Assembly: GCF_009914755.1 (NCBI RefSeq)
Contig: NC_060927.1
DNA length: 64,000 nt
Reading direction: 5' to 3' (one strand)
Source of the DNA: the human T2T-CHM13v2.0 reference genome, Homo sapiens
Under the pieces are notes generated by a model. That model made no database searches. It saw nothing but the letters and a program-made list of their open reading frames with translations, and was not told where the DNA came from. This document shows, piece by piece, positions 55,348-64,000 of the stretch; the stretch's first letter is position 1; every line of letters begins with the position of its first letter. Made by a program: the position numbers and the translations under genes.

Positions 55348-55964
55348 CTAAAGAGGAAAGAAGAGGATGGAAGTGAGGCTGGTGTTTATGTTTAATTGTT
55401 CACTGCTCAATGCTGTATCCCCATCAGAATCAAAACAACATGCTGGCACATGGAGCTGACCAGGAAAAACAGAAAGGTACTAGAAAATAAAATCTGTTTG
55501 CTATTTTTTCAAGCCATAGCCACTGCTTTGCAGAAAGAGAGAATGCACACGCAAATTTACTGATTCAGATTCTGTTGCTGGAGCGGGAGCTTTACATTTT
55601 CCTCCCTCCCTCTGAAAAAAAGTAAAGTGACTAGCTAAACCCACATGGATTAGTCCGGGGCTTACCAGTCTAGAGAAGCAACTAAGATTGCTGTTACTTC
55701 TGGTACCTTGGGTCTTTGTGTAATTTGGCTGCAGGTTGTCCTAACTAAATAACTAAATACCTCAGTTCTCAGCTTTCATTAACTCAGGTTTTTAAGAGGA
55801 AGATGGACATCCTCAACCCAGAGGGAGATGGTGTCTGTGGGTAGGGGGATGAGAACCTTTCAAAACTGCCCAAAGGCTGCCGTTATGTCTCCTGCTTTTA
55901 CGTGCTAAAAATTCCAGATGGGAAGTGCAGGAAGTGGTTATAAAATTTTTAGTTTTGGGGGGAG

Positions 55965-56200
55965 GGAGTATGGTAGCGTGCTAGAGTGTTATGTTTGAGA
56001 GCATGAAGTTTGGAGTCAGATCTCAGTTCGAATCCCAACTCTACCACTTACAAGCTGTGTGACCTTGGGCAAGTTGCTTCATCTCTCTGAGCCTCTGTTA
56101 CCTCATCTGCAAAATGGAGTTATTATTAGTAATAGTGCTTATTTCCGCAGGTTGATAAGGGTGAATTCACACTTAGCCCCAGGATGTAAATACAGAACAA
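55965..56200 (+). mobile_element. MIR
   Basis: ttcgaatcccaactctaccacttacaagctgtgtgaccttgggcaagtt...ctcatctgcaaaatgg. Confidence 0.75.
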
Positions 56201-58163
56201 ATGGCAGCTAAGACGATGAATTCATAAGCAAATGTGGGTGAGTTCTGAGTACTGTGAAAAGTCAATGAACAGCTGGGTTTGAGAAATAAAGCCTATGGGA
56301 GTATGTTTAATATTCTGTGTGTTTCATTTTGACTCAGGTCACACATGTTTCTCTAGGCACAATTAAGACTAAGGAGCTACATTTGGGGTCAGAGAGGGTT
56401 TCCTGTTTTTACTGGGAACTACAAAGACTGCAATGCACAAAAAGCAGTTAGGATGTCTTTTCACATCTCAGCCAGGCTTCCTCCTGCAATTTGGCTGAGA
56501 TCAATATTAGGAATCAAGCTTCACCCAAATGTCTCCCAGAAAAGTACCCAGGGGAGTGATTTCCTCTGTTGCTCTTTTCTCAGTGCTAGTTTCCAAAATG
56601 TCAGCTCTCAAGAGAAAACAGCCAATGAACCAATAGGGTGGGGTGGAAAGAGCCCAGAATATAGAGTCAAAAGTTCTTTCAGTGCCAGAACTCGTTGACC
56701 CTGGGGAAATCATGCCAAGTTCCTTAGCCTTGGTTTCCAGATTTCTAGACCAAGGTGACAATACTGTGTACTTTGCAGGGCTGAAAGCTTGGTGAAATGA
56801 GAAAACGCATGAGAAAGTGCTTTGTAAACTTTAAAGCAAGGAACACACATCAATTAGGTAATTATCGAGAGGGCAATGCATTCTATCTTCTTGAATCATT
56901 GCCAGCCCCCAAGACGATTCCTGGAGTCTCCTGTTACAGATTCTCTTAGAACCTTACACTTGTTCTTGCAGCATTGATTGCAATTCAGCCGAAATTTTTT
57001 TTTGTGCAATGTCTACCTCCCATATAATGTCATGAGAGCAAAGGCTATCTTGGTCTTGCTCATGGCTGTCTCCTCATTGATTCACCTGGTACCAGCTTAG
57101 AAAGGAAACTCAGGGAAAATTTATAGAGGGAAGCAATGAGAGAAAGCTAATGACCAGTTCTGGCCTCAGGATGATTGAGAAGTAAGCAGAGGCAAGATTG
57201 CATCAAGGAGCCACGTCACTGATCAGTCTGAAAACCAACATAGTTGTATAGAAAGGTGACTGCCTGCAGAGGCTGGTGGGTAAAGGAGAATACTCTTAGT
57301 CCTTAAAGGGATTTGAGGCAGGCTCTCCAGATTTTGCACAATTATCATTTCTACTAAAAGATTCTAAACCCCAAATCTTTCCTCGCCATTGCTATGCTAG
57401 AACTTAGTTCAGGAAAGAAGGTGGCTTGCCTTTTTTTTTCATGTCTCCCCCATGTATACTATTATCTAACATTTCTGTGATATTTTTCATTTGCAAAACA
57501 CTTCCACAAACAGTTTCTTCTTTAAGCCACCCTGCAAAAAGGGGGTGATTCAATCAGATCCGTTTACAATCGAGAACGTAAAACCCATAGAATTTAAGGA
57601 ATTTATTTGCTCATGATCACAGACAGGAGGCAGAGAAGCCAAGACTCCTATGCGGTCATCTGAGCCCAACTTTCTCCCTTGGAACTCTTGATCTCCTCAA
57701 TATTGGTAGAAAAGTATGAGGAATTCAAGCATCGGTGGTCAGAGCAGGTGCTAGCAGAACAATTCTTCTCAGCTAGAAATTGCCTCCTGTACTCTGTGAT
57801 GTTGATGCTTAGCAGTTGGTAGGGGTTTTGTTACAGCTGAAATGAGCAACCTTTAAACACACCATTTACCATTTACTACTAACATGCAGTTACAATCCGG
57901 AGAATGACACCAAATTCTATTCCTTTACAGGCAGTTTGGGAAGATGAGGCAAGTTTCTGTCACAAATGAAAATCATCCACTCTCCCTCATGCACCAGCCC
58001 TCGGTTTGTTAGGATTGTTCTTTTATTTAATAAATGATGACTTGCACTTAGTCTTATTGATCCTCCTCCCATCCCATAATAACAGGAAAAAATAACCCAG
58101 GGTAAATTGTGGTCTATTATTATTTAGAGACATGTGTGTATCATTTTTGGTTCGGGATATTGA

Positions 58164-58464
<301 letters not shown>

Positions 58465-59343
58465 GCTGGATATTGAACTTTAAGAAGGACATTGATGATG
58501 AGGAAAAGGGGGATTCTGGCAGTATATTCTATAAGGAAAGTGAAAGAAAAGGCATCTTGCCTAGAAAAAGATGGGCTAATTGCAAAGAAAACCATAATAT
58601 TCATGTAGTTAATTAAGGAGCTTCAGTGCAGGTTTGAATTTGTTCACAATGGTTCCAGAGTATAGAATCAGAATGAATGTGTAAAATTACAGGGCCCTAG
58701 AAAAAGGTCTAAACAGCTATCACACTCCAGCCAGGAACTGGCCATTTCTGGTGATAGAGACCTCCACCTCACTGGAGAAGCTCAAACAGAGGCTAGGTAG
58801 AAGGCTCTGGACGTGTTTTTCTTTTCTTTTCTTTTCTTTGGATTTGTTTCTTTACCTACATGAGAGTTTATCTCTAGGGCTGCTTTTCATTCTCTGATTC
58901 AAGTCCCCTTAGAGGTAGGAAGTTGTCACCAGTTACATTCTTTACAGTAGATAAATGTAGCAGAGCGGAGAAATTGACAGAACCAGGATGAGAATCTTTT
59001 CCTGTACAATGTCAGCAGTGCTCCCTTTTTAAGGATCACCTTTTCTTAAGTTATCCATATCCATATCCATAGGAATATGTCTTTTTGCCAGCTATACTCT
59101 AGGTAGAAGGGAATGATCAGATCCTCCCAACCCACTAGAGTTTTGGAATTATTGCCAGAAAATCCAAGCATGCACCAGGCACTGTATCTAGATCAAATAA
59201 CCAACAGCCCTTACCATCTACACAAGGCTATTTTACATTATAATAAGATATTGTTTTGATGAACAAAACGCAAATTTCTTTAAAAGCACTATATAATATA
59301 GTAGCTTTTTGTCTTTGTGTATTTTTTTCCATCAATGGTTGTT

Positions 59344-59349
<6 letters not shown>

Positions 59350-59381
<32 letters not shown>
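59350..59381. repeat. (TG)15-16 microsatellite
   Basis: Read directly from the sequence. Confidence 0.95.
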
Positions 59382-59384
<3 letters not shown>

Positions 59385-61868
59385 TTTCTTTTCTTTTTTA
59401 ACTTTAAATCTAGAGAAGTGGCTTACAGAATGGGTTCAGGATTAGCTAGGTTAAAACTCTGGCTTTGCCATTTTTTAGCTTGGTGACTAGCCATTACTTA
59501 ACTTCTCTGAGCTTCCTTTGTAAATGGGACAGTAATAACGCTACTCAAAGGGTTCAACTAAATGTAGCTGTGCTTATCATCATTACTGGTAATATTGGCT
59601 TACCGGTGTAGACAAAGCACATGCTCCTCAGCCTGGTGGTGATAGTCAGTTTCACTCCCCACCTCTGGCCCACGGGCAATTTCTTGCTATAAAAAAGATT
59701 CTGGAATCTCCCCAGGTTACCAACAGGTATCTGAGCTGATTCTCAGTCTGGCATACTTTCTGCCAATTCTGTGACACCCTATGCACTGAGAACTCACCCT
59801 CTAAATGTTGAGGCTGACAGCAAAGACCTGTTCTCTTTGCTAAGTATGACTGAGTGTGGGCATAAGTGAGAGGGCAGTTCCCCAGGCCAGTGCCCTGGGT
59901 TATAATCAACAACACAATCTATTACTCTCCAGGACCAAGCCATAGCCATGTACCCTAGGGCACAGGAGACAAAGGGGAGGGGGTAGGGCTTGCCCCAGAT
60001 ACCTGGTCTGGCATCCCTCCTGAGCAGGTTCTCAACTGCCCTCAAAGGGAGGCAAGAACTGTGACTTCAGCAGAACTTCATCTCCTGGGACTCCCTGCTT
60101 TCTGACCATCCCCTCTGGTAGGACAACCCATATCTTTTCTCTAGCAGCATTCATGAACCCTCTTGTCCCCGACTCTCCAGATAGAGCCAGTTCTGGAAAA
60201 AGCTTAGAAAAAGAGACACAAATCCAGAGAGGCTGACGGAGGCTAAGGATAAAATTGGGAAGAGCCGCTGTCAGTGAGCAATTGTTCATGTTTTCCTGTG
60301 CCTGAAACAAAGAACATTTACTATGTACAGGTACCACATTAGGAGCTGTAGGATGAACGTGCTTGCTCCATGATTTCTGCCTCAACAACCTTTTGAGGGG
60401 GATCCTATTAATATTCCCATTTTACAGTTGAAGAAACCAAGGCTAAAAGAGATAAGCAACTTGGCTTGAAGGCACATGACTAATAAGTTACAGCTTTGGA
60501 CCTCCCATTCCCTAAGCTGCCTATCATCCTATTATTTAGTTTCTTTTTTTAAAAAAACTATGAAACCACTTTTATTAATTAGCTATATTTAAGTCTTAAT
60601 TTTTTCTTGTAACCTTAAATGGCTTCTCAAAAAAAAAATGTATGAGGGACTTGAATACATTTGAGTCAGTGCAGAAGGTCCAAAATAGTTTCTCTGGCTT
60701 GAATGTCCCAGCTAATTACCTCGACCCTCCACCTCACTTAGCCAGTGTAGACAGGCTTAATGGTTTCTCTATTGAGCTCTTCCATTATTTTTCAGGTGCC
60801 CAAGGTAATCTTTTCATTGAGCACTCACCATTCTGGGGTTTTCACAATGCTGATGACTAAGGGATTTTCTTCTGCCTGGCCCTAAAAAGGGGACCTGAGT
60901 TAATCATTGTGCAGCTTTGATAGGGAGCGCGGCAGGGGCTTAAACCACTTCTCTTGCTTCATTAGGGGAAAAAGCAACCCAGGTGCAGACCACGAGGACC
61001 TCAGGGTTTGATACTATTAAATCAATGCACAGACAAAAAAAAAAAGTGGATTAGGCCCTTTTTGCAAACAGAAGTCTGGTGGGTAAGACTCAAAGATGGA
61101 AGAAGAAAGAAGTCTGAACAGATACCACCGCATTAGTGACTGCCCGAGCGCCCCATGATCTCTCACAAAAAAAAAGGAAAAAAACAATCAAGGAAATGAT
61201 TTATTCTCTCCATGAGCTGACTCCACCCCCGCCTGTTTGACTTCACAAGAGCTCTGAGTTAATTTTTTTTGTCCTTTGCCTAGATACTGCAGACCACACC
61301 ACCACGTCAAAGGGCTAGCAAAATTTACTTCAATGTTTGGCCTTTGAAATTTCTGCTGCAAGGTTAATGATGCTGTTTTGCTCCCTTTTCCACTTCCCTA
61401 ACCCAAGCAATTTAGAAATGTAGATTTTTTTGTGTGTCAAGGCAATTCAGTATGTAAAAATGTTACTCAGTGCCATGCCTAAAATCATTTCGTCTCCTGT
61501 TGGTTTGATTTTTCATCTCTCACCAGCCTCATATCTAGAATGTAGGTGCTCTCTTTCCTTAGTGTCTACACTACCTGGTATATAGTAGTGGCTCAATAAA
61601 AATATATTGAATGAATGAACTTTAGAGAATGGCACTCTTTACTCAGTACCCAGGGCAGAGGTTAGAGGTTTCTAGCACTTTCTTACAGTAGGTGTTTGAG
61701 CTGTAGCACTCTTATAGGACAACTAAGAAAGTACCACTAGGCATGATCAGTTCAAAAGGCATAGTCCCTGGGCATAGTAAGAACTATGTGCCAGAAATCA
61801 TTGTCATTTCTGCTGGAAAGTCAGGTTGTTTTAGTGAATTGCACTTGTATATTAAGGTTGGTCTGACC

Positions 61869-62050
61869 CTACACATGTGGCTCTTTAAATTTAAATAAAT
61901 TAAAAGAAAATATAAGTAACATTCAACTTTTTAGTTGCACTAGTCGCAGTTGAGAGTACTTGAGAGCTACATAAGGCTAGTGACTATTTTGGACAGCTCA
62001 GATACAGAATACTGCCATCACTTTAGACAGTTCTATTGGACAGTGCTGGT
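61869..62050. mobile_element. MER3-like hAT-Charlie element
   Basis: cacatgtggct...agttgcactagtc...agttctattggacagtgctg. Confidence 0.65.
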
Positions 62051-62390
62051 CTAGACGCAAGGGACATTCATAAATATAGGTTATTGCATTTTTAAGTGAT
62101 ATGAATTAAGAATTTCTATGTTAGAAAATGAAATTAATTGGAGGAGGAAGCAGGAGAAGAAAAAAGATATGGGTGTCATAGTCTCATTTTGTGGGTGAAA
62201 CAGGAAATAAAGGTGGATGGGTACAGCTTAAAGTTATAATGGTACCAAGACAGGAAGAACAATACTGTAATAACTGTAACAGAAGGAGAGTGGAGGAGAA
62301 GTGGATGATGTAAAGTGAGCTGAAGCTCTATCTATTACAGTAGGGAGTCAAATAATCACTAAGATTGACCAATCAAGAAATGACAACAAA

Positions 62391-62720
62391 GGCTGGGTGC
62401 AGTGGTTCATGCTTATAAACCTAGCACTCAGGGAGGCTGAGGCAGGAGGATTGCTTGAAACCAGGAGTTCAAGACCAGCCTGGGCAAAATAGGGAGACCT
62501 CAGTTTCTACAAAAACAAACAAACAAACAAACAAACAAAAAATTAGCCAGGTGTGGTTGTGTGCACCTATATTCCCAGCTACTCAGGAGGCTGAGGCAGG
62601 AGGATCACTTGAACCCAGGAGTTCGAAGCTGCGGTGAGCTGTGATCATGCCACTGCACTCCAGCCTGGGAGACAGAGTGAGACCCTATCTCTAAATAATA
62701 AGAATAATAAACAATATAAT
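62391..62720 (+). mobile_element. Alu (AluJ-type) with central (AAAC)n
   Basis: Diverged full dimer. Confidence 0.93.
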
Positions 62721-64000
62721 AATAGTACTTAGCACTCCAGGGGTTAAAAAATTGTTAAAAAGTTTCATTTTGAAGGAAGGGATTGAGAGCAGAAAGGACT
62801 AGGACAGAGAGCTGTGTTTTTTTAAAAAAAAATATGAATGTTTCTGTACTGTTTCATTTTTTTTAGCCATGTGCCGATATGACTTTCATTAAAAATTATT
62901 GAAAAAAGGAACAAAAGTGATAGAATTTTCAATTTTCAATTCTAGTGGAGAAAGGGATTTTGCAGGAAGAATATATCTTTCTCAGGGTGACCTTCTCAAG
63001 GTGTTTGGTTGATGAAGTCATGGTTTAGAGGTATGTCCTCTATAAAGGCAAAACCAAAACCTAACAGAACCAACACTCAATACATAATCTGGATGCTCTA
63101 AGTGCATCTTGGGAAGATGAATAAATTTTAAGTGCCAACTGAGGGACTGACTGCTTGGGTGAGACAGAATGTGTGAGTGGGCGGATGTACTGGGACTGCG
63201 TGTGCGGGTGAGCAGTTGAGCAAACCTCAGTGGCTTCTGCCTGGGGCCAAGTGACAATTACGGTGAAAGCCCCTTCCAATACTTTCTGAGGACTGGAGAA
63301 AAACACAACCCTTAAAGTATATCTGGAATCATAGACAGCATGATGGATTCCCAGGGCTCTGTCACCAGAGGGCCTGAAATGTCTTCTTTGCTTACCGAAC
63401 GTCAGTACTGTGCTGGGCCAGTTGGGAGGCACTATTTCCATGTGAGCACTGGGTCAAATGCTACATGGACGCATATACATCATGAGGCCATTGTCCGTTG
63501 CTTCCTTTTATAAGAGGGCCAGAGTTTGTAAATGCCATTTTTACAGAGGTGGGAACTGTGACACCAAAAATTTCTCATAAGTAGCTCACCAGATGTCCAT
63601 TGCTTGAAAAATGATCACTGGCTTTCAAAATTTGATTCCCATTTGAAAGAAAAGAGTTAAAGTTTGAGATGTTTAAAAAATAAGGTTTCTCTAAGTTGCC
63701 TATAAATGGAACCATTTCAGATAATGGAAAAGAGAATACTGACCAAGTCTTGACTCTTACTCCTACTTTCTCAATTAGTGTCTATGTGACCTTGGGAAAA
63801 GCAATGAACTACTCAGATTTCTCATGAACAATACAGAAATATTTAATAACTGATAGTCATATATAAAATCAGGATGCATTTACCAATGATTGAACACCTA
63901 ATTTACAGTATCTTATTCACGTCTTCTAAGGACTTGTCTTCTTCCTTTATGAATGAGGAAACTGGGCTCAGAGAGGTTAAGTTGCTGTCCTCAGGGCACA

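Overview
Human (primate) genomic DNA containing the 3' end of CADPS (CAPS1, calcium-dependent secretion activator 1) on the minus strand. Four phase-0 coding exons (55315-55347, 47657-47764, 12629-12733, 8950-9129) splice to VKAASKYVDVP|KPGMDV...ERLFD|QWYNSS...RMVK|KTYRDF...SDEEDEEDD*, followed by a ~1.05 kb 3' UTR with two poly(A) signals. The rest is intron or 3' flank, with Alus, L1, LTR16, THE1, MER, MADE and MIR/L2 repeats, microsatellites and several repeat-free enhancer-like blocks (FEZF2 is, from general knowledge, the downstream neighbour). Nearly all ORF-track entries are spurious. Best leads: (1) a candidate 24/35-nt stop-carrying cryptic exon at 30486-30520, directly upstream of a (UG)n tract (TDP-43-type architecture); (2) a multi-hairpin RNA structure in the intron next to the known E-to-G A-to-I recoding codon, with mutually exclusive pairings; (3) tandem 3' UTR poly(A) sites; (4) an old templated insertion at the head of an L1. 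No wholly new gene system can be demonstrated from sequence alone. Repeat family names are by-eye matches to remembered consensus sequences.
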